From Spirochaetia bacterium (lineage in GTDB: Bacteria; Spirochaetota; Spirochaetia; DSM-2461), in the NCBI GenBank assembly GCA_963666985.2, contig CAXXIA010000002.1, forward strand, positions 2,464,001 to 2,528,000: a stretch of DNA of 64,000 bases, in the 5' to 3' direction. The notes beneath the pieces are model-generated. The model did not search any database. It was not told the origin of the DNA and was given only the letters and a program-made list of their open reading frames with translations. Position numbers and translations under genes: made by a program. Shown here in pieces: positions 31,928-42,135 of this stretch; position 1 is the stretch's first letter, and the number at the start of each line of letters is the position of its first letter.

Positions 31928-32797
31928 TTACAGGGCCCGCCGGCGTTCGTCTCTCAATGGAAATTCTCCGTTAAGCGCCTGATTTAAGATATCCAGAATC
32001 CGCCCTTTATCTTCGGGTAGCGTGCCGCCGATGGGCAGATAGTTGGAGGCGTGGTTGCTTCGAAAAATGCAATGATTGAGTTCAAGAGCACCGACGAACA
32101 AGCGGAATTCTTCAAGAGTATTCTGAGGTGAAAGCGGCTCGAAGGAACCTTCCGATAAATCACGGTGGAGGGGTGTTCCGGGCACCACCATCAGGGTGAG
32201 GAGGCTTAAATAATCCGGCTGAACGGCATTCATTAAAGACGCCGAATCGGCGGCATGTTCCTTCCAAAGTTCTTTTCCGCCCAAACCTGAAATAAGTGTT
32301 ATTGAAAGCCCGATTCCCGCATCGCCGATCATCCGGCAGCTTCGGATAATCTCGTCTCTTGACGCGCCCTTCCGGACATTCGTCAGAATAGTCTCACTTC
32401 CCGATTCGGCGCCGAGATAGATTAAATCCAATCCCGCGTTCTTTAAAAGCTGAAGCTCTTCCGGTTTTTTTCGGAGAAGATCCTGCGGCGATGCGTAGAG
32501 CGACAGTCTTTGAAGATGAGGAAAACGGTCTCTGATTTGTTCAATAAGGATCAGCAGCCGGGCGGCCGGAAGGCAAAGAACATTGCCGTCCGCCAGAAAT
32601 ATCCGGCTCGCGTTCGGTAAGAAGGCGGCGGCCGACTCGATGTGCCGATTGACTTCCTCTTCGGTACGGATTCTGAACGTTTTCTCTTTATACATTCCGC
32701 AGAAAGTACAGCGATTGTACGAACAGCCTACGGTAATCTGAAGGATAAGGCTCTTCGCTTCACTGGGCGGTCTGTAGAGCGGATCTTCGTAGATCAT
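31928..32797 (-). CDS. Radical SAM protein of unknown function
   Basis: 'RPPSEAKSLILQITVGCSYNRCTFC', 'FRSNHASNYL'. Confidence 0.88.
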   Translation of the reverse strand: MIYEDPLYRPPSEAKSLILQITVGCSYNRCTFCGMYKEKTFRIRTEEEVNRHIESAAAFLPNASRIFLADGNVLCLPAARLLILIEQIRDRFPHLQRLSLYASPQDLLRKKPEELQLLKNAGLDLIYLGAESGSETILTNVRKGASRDEIIRSCRMIGDAGIGLSITLISGLGGKELWKEHAADSASLMNAVQPDYLSLLTLMVVPGTPLHRDLSEGSFEPLSPQNTLEEFRLFVGALELNHCIFRSNHASNYLPIGGTLPEDKGRILDILNQALNGEFPLRDERRRAL

Positions 32798-32802
32798 GAA
32801 TG

Positions 32803-33189
32803 TTAAGCCAGACGCTCGGCCCCGCAGTAGACTTCGTCCACTTTAAGATAGAAGGCGGCTTTTGGGGTCATTTGGGGGTGGTTGATATGAACCCAATCCA
32901 CCACTTTGTTGTAGCGGTCTCCATCGGTGACGCATTCGGAGCGGCATTTAATTTGGTACGCTTTCTTGGTATCGGGATCGAGAACCACCACACTTAACCG
33001 GGGATTTTCGTCGAGATTTTTTCTGGTTTTCTCAAATTTATTATCGGCAACTACAAGTGTCTCGTTATCAACCGCTTTGATATAGGTAACGTAGACAATG
33101 TTGGGGATTCCATCGGAACTGGCGCTGGCGATACAGGTGGGCATTGTTTTTTCAACGGCCTTCAAAACTTCGTCGGTTAATTTCGGCAT
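32803..33189 (-). CDS. Pyridoxamine 5'-phosphate oxidase-like FMN-binding protein
   Basis: 'ASASSDGIPN', 'DNKFEKTRKNLDENP'. Confidence 0.82.
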   Translation of the reverse strand: MPKLTDEVLKAVEKTMPTCIASASSDGIPNIVYVTYIKAVDNETLVVADNKFEKTRKNLDENPRLSVVVLDPDTKKAYQIKCRSECVTDGDRYNKVVDWVHINHPQMTPKAAFYLKVDEVYCGAERLA

Positions 33190-33355
33190 ATTGGGATCTT
33201 CCTTGGAATAATGATGAAATACATCTTTTAAGAAAAATCACTTTCTTTCAATGGGAGGGATAAGGGAGCGGCGGACTTCCTTATCCTCAGAAGCGGATAG
33301 ACGTTTTTCGCGCGAACGATTGGATTCCGATAGAACTATTCGAGCGGACTCCGCA

Positions 33356-33886
33356 TTACCTGAGCAGATAAACGTCTTCCGCGCGGAAAATGGTGACGTG
33401 CTTTCCTTGACGGCCTCGGAGCACATCTTTCAGTTCCAGCATCCGTTTCCGGTTTTCCAGCGAACCCTGGATAACCGTTCTTTTTGTTCCGTCCAGGTAT
33501 TCCCGAATCTCCATTGTAAAATCGAAATGCCGTTCCTTGAGGGTTTCGATGAGCTCGCTCCGATCGATATCGTCTTCAAGGGAAATGCGTGCGAAGAACT
33601 TGCGCTGTCCTTCCAGCCGGTCGTCAAGCTTTCGTTTAACCGCGGAACTGATGAGGCCTCCGAGTATGGAACCGAAACCGTAAATAAGAACGTAAATCGA
33701 GCTTCGGTCCATAAGATCGAGGATGATTTTTATAACGGTAATACCGTACATCGCTTCGAGGAAATTGATGGCCATCGAGTAGTATTTATTGTCCCGGTTG
33801 AACGCGTCGATTTTAGCCAGGAACAAACTGTCCTGTCCGATGCGCAGTACAAGGATGGCCAAGCCGATGAGCAGGATGGATATCAT
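33356..33886 (-). CDS. DUF5698/DUF2179-like membrane protein
   Basis: 3 TM helices with 'INFLE' and 'YGFG..LG', then a small soluble domain; GGAGG before ATG 33886. Confidence 0.55.
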   Translation of the reverse strand: MISILLIGLAILVLRIGQDSLFLAKIDAFNRDNKYYSMAINFLEAMYGITVIKIILDLMDRSSIYVLIYGFGSILGGLISSAVKRKLDDRLEGQRKFFARISLEDDIDRSELIETLKERHFDFTMEIREYLDGTKRTVIQGSLENRKRMLELKDVLRGRQGKHVTIFRAEDVYLLR

Positions 33887-34122
33887 GTGCGGTGCCTCCA
33901 TTTTGTATTTTCCTCATATCTTCGCGAGTGACCAGCGGGGGGCGGGTGTTCTTCGGATTAATTCATCCTCAGGATGCGATTGAATCGATCAAGGTTTGGA
34001 GTTCTTCCGTTCACGAAGTGATGAGGCGGGAATAAAACGATAAGAATCCAAGTCTAACAGAGTCCTAACATTAGGGAGATACATTATTAGGAAACGATTG
34101 AATCGATCATAAGGAAAAGATT

Positions 34123-35747
34123 ATGAATCGCTTTCTGAACCGAATAATTTCCGCCGTATTCTCAACCGCCGTACTTTCGGCAGCCGTTCTTTCGGCGGTA
34201 CTTTTCTCTCTTGCCGTACTGAGTTCCTGCGGAGAGGATTCATCCAAAAACTTGAGGTTGTCTCCGGTTCGGAAAATGAAACCTTGGAACCCCTTATTCA
34301 GGAATTCGCACGAAAGAACGGATGCAGAATCAATGTTCACTACAAAGGTTCGGTGGACATGATGCTGGAAATGGGAAGTGAGGACTTTCCCTATGATGCG
34401 GTATGGCCGGCGAACAGCCTTTGGATTTCCCTGGGCGACAATCTTCGGCGGGTAAAATACACGAAATCAATCATGACCTCACCGGTTGTTTTCGGAATAC
34501 GGGAATCCAAAGCCCAAGAATTGGGTTTTGTCGGCACCGATGTTTACGTGCGGGACATTCTCGATGCCATTCGTTCCGGCAAGCTGTCCTTTATGATGAC
34601 TTCGGCAACGCAGTCCAACTCCGGCGCCAGCGCCTATCTCGGATTCCTCTACGCGCTTTCCGGATCGGAAGATGTGATTACTCCGGATACTCTGGCCGAT
34701 CCCGATGTGCGGCGGGATATTCGGGATCTTCTGGCCGGAATCAACCGTTCCAGCGGCAGCTCGGGCTGGCTCAAGGAACTCTTTCTGGAATCCGACTACG
34801 ACGCGATGGTGAACTACGAAGCCGTGATGATCGAGACCAATCAGGAACTGACATCCCGGGGGCTGGAGCCGCTTTACATTATTTATCCCGTGGACGGCAT
34901 CGTTATCGCCGACAGCCCCCTGGGTTACGTGAATAAAGGACAGGAAGAAAAGGAGACCCTTTTTCTTGAACTTCAGGAATATCTTCTCTCCAAAGAAGTT
35001 CAGGACCAAATCAGCGGTTTCGGACGGCGGACCGGATTGGGCGGTATCACCGGCAAGCTTGATCCGACGATTTTTCGTTCGGAGTGGGGAATTGACGTAC
35101 AGCGGCCCCTGGCTCCCATCCGCATGCCGGGTGCCGAAGTTATCCGCGAGGCATTAAGGCTGTATCAGACCGAGTTCCGGAAACCGAGTTATACCGTTTT
35201 TGCATTGGATTACTCGGGTTCCATGGCCGGTTCGAATGAAAAGCAAATGAAGGCGGCCATGAGGACTCTTCTGGATTCTCAAATCGCCGCTCAGTATATG
35301 ATTGAAGCGGGAGAGAACGATGTTATTAAGGTTCTTCCTTTTTCGTCGGATGTCCTGCTTTCTTCTCCGTGGGCAATCTATGGGAACAATCAAGCGGATT
35401 TGATGTCCCTCGATTCCGCCATAGAGAACCTTTCTCCCGGAGGCGGAACCGATATCTATCTTCCCATTATCCATGCATTGAGTGTTTTACAGAGCGAGCC
35501 GGATCTGGATCAATACATTCCCGCGATTATTCTGCTGACCGACGGAGAGCATACGGAGGAGACCACATTCCATCAGTTCCAATCCGTCTATGATAAAATC
35601 GGACTCGATATTCCGGTTTTTTCCATTGTTTTCGGAGGAGCCTCGGAATCTGAATTGGAAGAGATCAGCGCGTATACCCGGGGACGGGTATTTGACGGAC
35701 GGAAAGATCTTATCGCGGCGTTCCGGAAAGTGAAGGGCTACAATTAG
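34123..35747 (+). pseudogene. Lipoprotein solute-binding/vWA-domain protein, frameshifted at an A5 run (34246-34250)
   Basis: Signal peptide + lipobox (LSSC) in one frame; 'KLEVVSGSENETLEP...DYSGSM (MIDAS)...GGTD...LTDG' in another; one extra A joins them. Confidence 0.75.
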
Positions 35748-36370
35748 TGGCCGATCGTTCCAACAATTCCTGGATTGGGGCCGGTATTCTCGGCGGACTT
35801 ATATTCGCCGGCCTTCTCTTCCTTTTCGGCCTTTCGTTTTGGACTTTTCTCGGCGGAATAGCCGGTTTTGTCGCAGGATTTTTAATTTTTCAGCCGAAAG
35901 CACCGGATAAGCATGATTTCGCCATGCTGGGAATCAGCAAGGAAGATTTGAATGCCGCTCTCGCCGAAGGGGCTTCGAAACTGGGCATAATCCGCAGTGA
36001 AGGAAAAACCATCGAAAATCCCTCCGTCCGGAAGAAAGTTGACGATGTTACGGAAGTTATCGAGCGCATCCTTCACGATATTGAAAACGACCCCAAAGAC
36101 CTGCGGCGTGCCCGTCAGTTTTTTTCTTACTATCTTGATGCGACGATTAATATCGTCAAACGCTATGCCGACTTAAGCCGCCGGGGAAGTCAAAGCGCGG
36201 CCTTGAATCAGTCTCTGGAAAGAACCGAATCTACCCTCGATACGCTGAAAAAAGCCTATGACAAACAGCTGACACTCCTTTTGGAAGACGACGTGATGGA
36301 TTTGGATGCGGAACTCGAACTTTTGGAAAGAACGATAAAGATGGAAGGACTCGCGGACGATGAAAGGTAA
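35747..36370 (+). CDS. XpaC-like (5-bromo-4-chloroindolyl phosphate hydrolysis family) protein
   Basis: 2 TM helices; 'ARQFFSYYLDATINIVKRY...DVMDLDAELELL'; in an operon with telA. Confidence 0.8.
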   Translation: MADRSNNSWIGAGILGGLIFAGLLFLFGLSFWTFLGGIAGFVAGFLIFQPKAPDKHDFAMLGISKEDLNAALAEGASKLGIIRSEGKTIENPSVRKKVDDVTEVIERILHDIENDPKDLRRARQFFSYYLDATINIVKRYADLSRRGSQSAALNQSLERTESTLDTLKKAYDKQLTLLLEDDVMDLDAELELLERTIKMEGLADDER

Positions 36371-37442
36371 AACCATCGGGATATTGATTCTCCTTGTTAT
36401 AGTCGGGGCCGCGCTGCTCTATCAATTCGTCTTGAGAGACGGTGCCGAAAAGAGCAAAGGCGGATTGCTTAACAGGGAAACCGTTACGATTACCGGTTAT
36501 ATCGGCAGTGAAAAAAGCGGATTCCTTGATGATGAAGAGGTGAAGAACCTGCTGAAATCACGGTATGGAATCGTGGTTGATTATCATAAAGCCGGATCCA
36601 TCGAAATGATCGATCTTCCCAAAGAGGGAATGGATTTTCTTTGGCCTTCCAGCCAGGTGGCGCTGGAGCTCTACAAGCTTCGAGGCGGTCAGTCTCTGAA
36701 AAGCGAGACCATTTTCTCCTCTCCCATCGTGCTTTACAGCTGGCAGGAAGTGGTGGACGCCTTTGAATCGGAAGGATTGGTGACGATTCGGGGGCAAGGT
36801 CAGGCGGAAATTGATGCCGGAATCCTCATTGAGAAAGTTCTGGCGGGCGAAACATGGAAATCGGTAGGTCTCTCCAGTCTTTACGGAGACATCATCATTA
36901 CATCCACCGACCCGACTCGGTCGAATTCCGGAAATATGTGGGCCGGTTTGGTGGCGAATCTTCTCTACGGTGAAGTGGTGGACGAGGTTTCTTTGCCGAG
37001 TGTCCTGGATGATGTGAAGCGGGTTTTTACAATCCAGGGTTTCATGGAGCATTCCACCGGTACGTTGTTTGAACAGTACATCACCAAAGGTATCGGTCCT
37101 TATCCGATAATCGTCGGATATGAAAATCAAATGGTGGAATTCGCTCTTCAGAATCCGGAGATCTGGAATGCCGTGAAGGATTACATGCGGGTGATTTATC
37201 CCATGCCGACTGTGTATTCCGAGCACCCGCTGATTGCCTTGGATGAAAACGGCAAACGTCTTCTCGGGGCCCTTCAGGATTCGGATATTAAAGACTTGGC
37301 CTGGCGCCGTCACGGTTTTCGAACCGGTATTGAGAACGATCCCGCGGAACTCGGCATTGAGAATATTCCCCGCCGGGTAACGCAAATCATCCGAATGCCG
37401 GTTCCGGCGGTGATGGATGAAATTATAAGCGAACTTCAGTAA
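36360..37442 (+). CDS. Membrane-anchored solute-binding-protein-like protein
   Basis: N-terminal TM helix; 'GSEK', 'FLWPSS', 'SPIVLYSW', 'TDPTRSNSG', 'GYENQ', 'GFRTG'. Confidence 0.72.
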   Translation: MKGKTIGILILLVIVGAALLYQFVLRDGAEKSKGGLLNRETVTITGYIGSEKSGFLDDEEVKNLLKSRYGIVVDYHKAGSIEMIDLPKEGMDFLWPSSQVALELYKLRGGQSLKSETIFSSPIVLYSWQEVVDAFESEGLVTIRGQGQAEIDAGILIEKVLAGETWKSVGLSSLYGDIIITSTDPTRSNSGNMWAGLVANLLYGEVVDEVSLPSVLDDVKRVFTIQGFMEHSTGTLFEQYITKGIGPYPIIVGYENQMVEFALQNPEIWNAVKDYMRVIYPMPTVYSEHPLIALDENGKRLLGALQDSDIKDLAWRRHGFRTGIENDPAELGIENIPRRVTQIIRMPVPAVMDEIISELQ

Positions 37443-37463
37443 ATCAGATAAAAAGGAGAATCT

Positions 37464-38540
37464 ATGAGCGATTTGGTACCGGCCCGGCAGAAAACCGTCG
37501 ACATCATGAAGATGTCTGTTGAGAATCAGGAAAAAGCCCGGCGGATGGCCGAAGGAATCGACATCAGCGATTCGAATGCCATCATTCAATACGGGGTGGG
37601 AGCTCAGAGTAAAATCTCCGGCTTCGCCGACAGTATCCTGACGGAAATCCGATCCAAGGATTCCGGTTATGTGGGAGATACTCTCTCCGAACTGGTTGTA
37701 ACCGTGAAGAACGTGGATGTCGACGGCCTTACCGGCAGCGGCAGTGGGCTGTCGAAGATGCTTGGAGGATTGAAGCGCAAGGTTCAGAAATTCATGACGC
37801 GCTATCAAAAACTCTCCACCCAGATTGACACCATTGTAAATCAGCTCGACAAAGCGCGGATGACGCTGCTTAAAGACATTACGATGCTCGACACTCTGTA
37901 CCAAAAGAACGTGGAATACCTCGGTGAATTGGACCTTATCATCGCGGCCGGCCAGGTAAAAGTAGAGCAGATAAAAACCGAGGTGATTCCCCGAATGGAA
38001 GAGGCGGCTCAATCCTCCGGCGATCCCATGGATGCCCAAAAGCTTCAGGATATGAATCAGCTTTTGAATCGGTTTGAGAAAAAACTGCACGATTTGCTTT
38101 TAAGCCGGATGATCAGCATTCAAACCGCCCCTCAGATTCGGCTGATCCAGGGAAACGATCAGACTTTGGTGGAAAAGATTCAGAGTTCGATTCTCAATAC
38201 CATTCCTCTCTGGAAAAATCAGATTGTCATCGCCATCGGTCTTTATCGGCAGAAAGAAGCTTTGGAACTTCAGAAGAAAGTTACCGAAACCACCAACGAT
38301 CTTTTAGCCAAAAACTCGGAGATGCTGAAACAGGGGTCCATCGAGGTTGCCAGGGAAAGCGAGCGGGGTATTGTGGAAATCGAGACATTGAAGAAGGTTA
38401 ACAACGATCTGATTTCCACCATCGAAGAGACCCTGCGCATCCAGCGGGAAGGTAAACAAAAGCGCGCCGCGGCGGAAGCCGAACTGGTTCAGATGGAAGG
38501 GGATTTGAAGAAGCGTTTATCGACGGTCGGTACGTCTTAA
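37464..38540 (+). CDS. telA: Toxic anion resistance protein TelA/KlaA
   Basis: 'IQYGVGAQ', 'QTAPQIRLIQ', 'NTIPLWKNQ', 'TNDLLAKNSEMLK'. Confidence 0.9.
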   Translation: MSDLVPARQKTVDIMKMSVENQEKARRMAEGIDISDSNAIIQYGVGAQSKISGFADSILTEIRSKDSGYVGDTLSELVVTVKNVDVDGLTGSGSGLSKMLGGLKRKVQKFMTRYQKLSTQIDTIVNQLDKARMTLLKDITMLDTLYQKNVEYLGELDLIIAAGQVKVEQIKTEVIPRMEEAAQSSGDPMDAQKLQDMNQLLNRFEKKLHDLLLSRMISIQTAPQIRLIQGNDQTLVEKIQSSILNTIPLWKNQIVIAIGLYRQKEALELQKKVTETTNDLLAKNSEMLKQGSIEVARESERGIVEIETLKKVNNDLISTIEETLRIQREGKQKRAAAEAELVQMEGDLKKRLSTVGTS

Positions 38541-38688
38541 TCGAAGTCCAAGATAAGTTGAGTGCATGCCTGCGGTATTGAGATCCCGGACATGCACTCC
38601 TTATAGGGGAAATTAGAGCAATTTTACCACCCGATGGGCCGGCTTCGCAGATTGGAATCAATGAAGCATAGCCGGAGCGGGAGGCAAA

Positions 38689-39618
38689 TCAGTCCCAAGC
38701 TTTCAGGAACCGAAGCAGAACTTCCGCCGCGTTGTTCGCGGCCAATCCGAAGAACGTGCCGATCTCGTTTTCTCCCTCGCCGCCTCCGGCCAGGTCGGAT
38801 AAAGAACGGAAAGCCAGATAGGGAACATCGGCGATATAAGCGACGTGGGCTACCGCCGCTGATTCCATATCGAGACAGTCGGCCTGGAAGTTCTCATAAG
38901 CCCAATCCCGGTAAGCCGCATTATCGACAAAGGCCATTCCCGAGACACCGTTTCCTCCCACGACGAGTTTGGGAACATGTGTCAGTTCCGCTTTATCCGT
39001 CTTGGATTCGAGCTGGACATCACTGATTTCCCGGGCAACCGCCAGAAGATTCTCGTCGACATTGAACCAAAATTTGTTTTCCACCGCATCCGCTTTTTCC
39101 AGCCTTCCGTGAGTAACGCCCACTTCCTGGGGATACATCATACCGAAACCGGGATAAATCTCATGATGGTATCCCAAATCATATCCGTCTTCGGTTTCAC
39201 GTGCGAAAAGCGATTCCTGGTACTGAGCCCATTTGGCGGGAATGGTAACATCGCCGATATTCAGATCCGGATTGACTCCGCCCGCGATTCCGCTGAACAG
39301 GATGGCTTCGATGTTGAAGTTGTCCAGGGCGAGCTGAGTGGTCATGGCCGCGTTGACCATACTGATGCCGGAAAGAAACAGAACAGCCTTGTGACCTTCA
39401 ATTTCGCACAGAGTAAAACTTCTGCCGTTGATGACGATTTCTTCTTCGATATCCGCAACGGCTTTGAGCTTTACAATCTCGGGACCGAAGGCCGAGATAA
39501 TGGCGATTCTTCCTTCCTGAGAGGGAGAAATCGGCTCCTGGACTCCCTCGGCAAAGAGTGCCGCGCTTAACGTACACAGCACGATGAGAAGAGAGGCGAT
39601 TTTCAGCAGTTTCTTCAT
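38689..39618 (-). CDS. mtnN: Exported 5'-methylthioadenosine/S-adenosylhomocysteine nucleosidase
   Basis: Signal peptide; 'SGISMVNAA', 'SGIAGG', 'DMESAAVAHVA', 'RSLSDLAG'. Confidence 0.85.
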   Translation of the reverse strand: MKKLLKIASLLIVLCTLSAALFAEGVQEPISPSQEGRIAIISAFGPEIVKLKAVADIEEEIVINGRSFTLCEIEGHKAVLFLSGISMVNAAMTTQLALDNFNIEAILFSGIAGGVNPDLNIGDVTIPAKWAQYQESLFARETEDGYDLGYHHEIYPGFGMMYPQEVGVTHGRLEKADAVENKFWFNVDENLLAVAREISDVQLESKTDKAELTHVPKLVVGGNGVSGMAFVDNAAYRDWAYENFQADCLDMESAAVAHVAYIADVPYLAFRSLSDLAGGGEGENEIGTFFGLAANNAAEVLLRFLKAWD

Positions 39619-39820
39619 TTTCAAAATCTCCTAAAGATCCTTTTTACGGATGGTAGATTTCAATAGATAAGAGAGTCCATATCTCGGCATGAATAACCGA
39701 GGCGAATACCTCAGGAAAACAATAAAAGTCAAAAATCATACCGAAGCGTAGGTTTTAAACGGCGGCGTAATCATCTGGAAATTACGATAAAAATCTTTGA
39801 ATCCTTCTATATAATAAGTT

Positions 39821-41308
39821 ATGCCCCGGAAGTCGGATTCTTCTTCTTTTCAATTGAGTCTTTTCATAATCACTCCTTTCATTTTCCTCCTTGTTTCATG
39901 CCGTTCTTCCGAAGTTCCGGTTCTCCGGGCCGAAGACGGTTGTCTGGACCTGCGGAAGGTTGATATCGCCGAGAAACCTTTGCCGCTCGACGGAGAGTGG
40001 AAATTCGTCTGGAAAGAATACCTTAGCCCTGATTCCGAGGAATGGAATAATCCGGAGATTACAACGGCGGTGATTCCGGGAACCTGGAACGACGTGAGCA
40101 TCAACGGGACCACTCTTCCCGATACCGGCTACTGTTCCATGCGGCTTCGCATTCTCCTGCCGCCGGGAATCGGGGGGATGGGGATTAAAATCAACAACAT
40201 CAGTACGGCCTATAGGCTGTATATCGATGATGAACTCTTCATTGAAAACGGAACGGCCGGGACCTGCCGCGAGGCATCCGAAGGGCGCTATCAGCCGAGA
40301 ACTGTCTACTTCGAGCCTGAAAAGAATGAAATCACCGTCACCATGCATATTTCCAACTTCCATGATCGTCTTGGAGGCGCTTGGACGCGGATGTACATCG
40401 GGTCCGCCGAAGGAATCTCCGTTAAACATTACTGGGACGGCAGTTTTGATATGCTGCTCTTCGGCATGTTCTTCATTATCAGCACTTATTACTTAATCAG
40501 TTGGTATTTCGGCGCGAGGAAAAAAGCCTTTTTATGTTTCGGTCTGGCTTCGCTGATGATTGCCGTTCGAACCCTGAGTGCGGGCGAGATTTATTTAATG
40601 ACGATATTCCCGCGGATGGGGTTTGAACTCAACCATAAAATTCAGTTGGGCAGTCAGCCGGCATTAGTCGCCTTCTTTCTTCTTTCGCTGAAGAATGTTT
40701 TCCCCCGGGAAATCTCATCCTCGGCGGTTAAAATTATTCTTCCCATTTTGGCTCTCTATGAATTAATCGTTGCGGCTTTTCCGCTTATGATCCATTCGTA
40801 TCTTCTTTTCCCCTTCCATGTTGTTGTCATGATTCTCGGGGTTTATTTGGCAGCCGCGATTTTTATCGCCGCCCGCAGCAATAGGCCGGGAGCGAAGATG
40901 CTTTTTCTCGGTTTCCTTGTTCTGTTCATCACGACTCTGAATGATATCCTCTACAGTATTTCGATTATCTATACCGGATATCTTGTAGTATTCGGAATCA
41001 TCTTCTTTTCCATTTCTTATATCATTACCTTAACAATGCATAAGGCGGATTCGGGCGCTGTTCCTCACGATGTTACCGATGAACGAATCCTGCCTTTGTT
41101 GATGGAAAAAGGTATTTCGAACCGGGAAGGGGAAGTCCTGATTCAATTGCTTCAGGGACTATCCTACGGTGATATTGCCGAGAAACTTTTTATTTCAAAA
41201 TCCACGGTTACCAAACACGTCCACAGCATCTACAAAAAATTGGGAACAAAAAACAGAGTCGGTCTTTACGACTCAATTGGAAGCATGCTCCGGAATCTCG
41301 AAAAATAA
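39821..41308 (+). CDS. 7TM-DISM-type membrane sensor fused to a LuxR HTH
   Basis: Extracellular 'LDGEWKF...PGTWN...GYCSMRL' domain, about 7 TM helices, 'ISNREGEVL...IAEKLFISKSTVTKHVHSIYKKL'. Confidence 0.85.
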   Translation: MPRKSDSSSFQLSLFIITPFIFLLVSCRSSEVPVLRAEDGCLDLRKVDIAEKPLPLDGEWKFVWKEYLSPDSEEWNNPEITTAVIPGTWNDVSINGTTLPDTGYCSMRLRILLPPGIGGMGIKINNISTAYRLYIDDELFIENGTAGTCREASEGRYQPRTVYFEPEKNEITVTMHISNFHDRLGGAWTRMYIGSAEGISVKHYWDGSFDMLLFGMFFIISTYYLISWYFGARKKAFLCFGLASLMIAVRTLSAGEIYLMTIFPRMGFELNHKIQLGSQPALVAFFLLSLKNVFPREISSSAVKIILPILALYELIVAAFPLMIHSYLLFPFHVVVMILGVYLAAAIFIAARSNRPGAKMLFLGFLVLFITTLNDILYSISIIYTGYLVVFGIIFFSISYIITLTMHKADSGAVPHDVTDERILPLLMEKGISNREGEVLIQLLQGLSYGDIAEKLFISKSTVTKHVHSIYKKLGTKNRVGLYDSIGSMLRNLEK

Positions 41309-41330
41309 AAATGGTACGAAAATTCCATTG
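41309..41330 (+). promoter_or_regulatory. 22-bp regulatory motif, copy 1
   Basis: AAATGGTACGAAAATTCCATTG; identical copy at 44885-44906 on the minus strand. Confidence 0.65.
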
Positions 41331-41385
41331 CCGACCGGTGTGATTCGGGACTGAATGAGACATCCAAAGTTCTTAAGGAGCATGT

Positions 41386-42135
41386 ATGGGGTCTTTGAAA
41401 CTTTCCGGGAATATTCTATCGGTTAGGGGCGGCGGCGGCCGATCTCGACAATTTACCGTTGACGGGCTTCGTCTGGCTTTTATGGTTACAACCGCAAAGG
41501 TGAGATTTTTCGCCATCACCGGAGGTGACGATTTACTGGTGCTTGATTTGGATGATGAGAATCAGAGTGAAGGGATTGATCTTCTTCATAAGATGTTCTT
41601 GGACTCCAAACCGGGTCCGCTTTCGGGATTTGATATTTGTCTGGCCGATTATGAAGGCAATATGGCCGTTCTTACGCTGAAGAGCTTTAAAAAAGAAGGA
41701 ATCGATATTATCGATCTCTTGGGCAAAACACGGGAACGGCGTGTGGAAAAACGGAAGAGTTGGCTTGCCTGCGATCCCACGGTAACGCTTAAAGGAAGAT
41801 TCGGTACGGCGAAATTGAATCGGCAGGGATATTTCTTATCCTCGAATAAATCACTGAGATGGGATGAGGTCGGTCAAATCCAGATTAATAAACAGGAATC
41901 GCTGATTACCACCACCCATTTGCTTGTTATTCCCCAAGGTGTCGGCGGCGGAGTTTTCAGTATGAAGAAATATAAATACGCCCTTAAAGGCATTCCTAAT
42001 AAGCTGGCGAATTTATATCTCTCCGAGTGTTCTTTCTGGCGGAATCAAACATTTGAGAAGAATGAGAAAAAAATTGAAGAGGAGGCCATGCGGGAGCTTG
42101 TTCGCGACGGTATCGTCTCAGGAAGTTCCAAATGA
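41386..42135 (+). CDS. Hypothetical protein
   Basis: 249-aa ORF with AAGGAG RBS; stop overlaps the next start. Confidence 0.7.
   Translation: MGSLKLSGNILSVRGGGGRSRQFTVDGLRLAFMVTTAKVRFFAITGGDDLLVLDLDDENQSEGIDLLHKMFLDSKPGPLSGFDICLADYEGNMAVLTLKSFKKEGIDIIDLLGKTRERRVEKRKSWLACDPTVTLKGRFGTAKLNRQGYFLSSNKSLRWDEVGQIQINKQESLITTTHLLVIPQGVGGGVFSMKKYKYALKGIPNKLANLYLSECSFWRNQTFEKNEKKIEEEAMRELVRDGIVSGSSK

Noticed and set aside
36558..38090. 510-aa minus-strand ORF, and similar long antisense ORFs such as 15639-16643, 12153-12938 and 61770-62921
   Set aside because: They are shadows of well-supported genes on the opposite strand and show no recognisable motifs.
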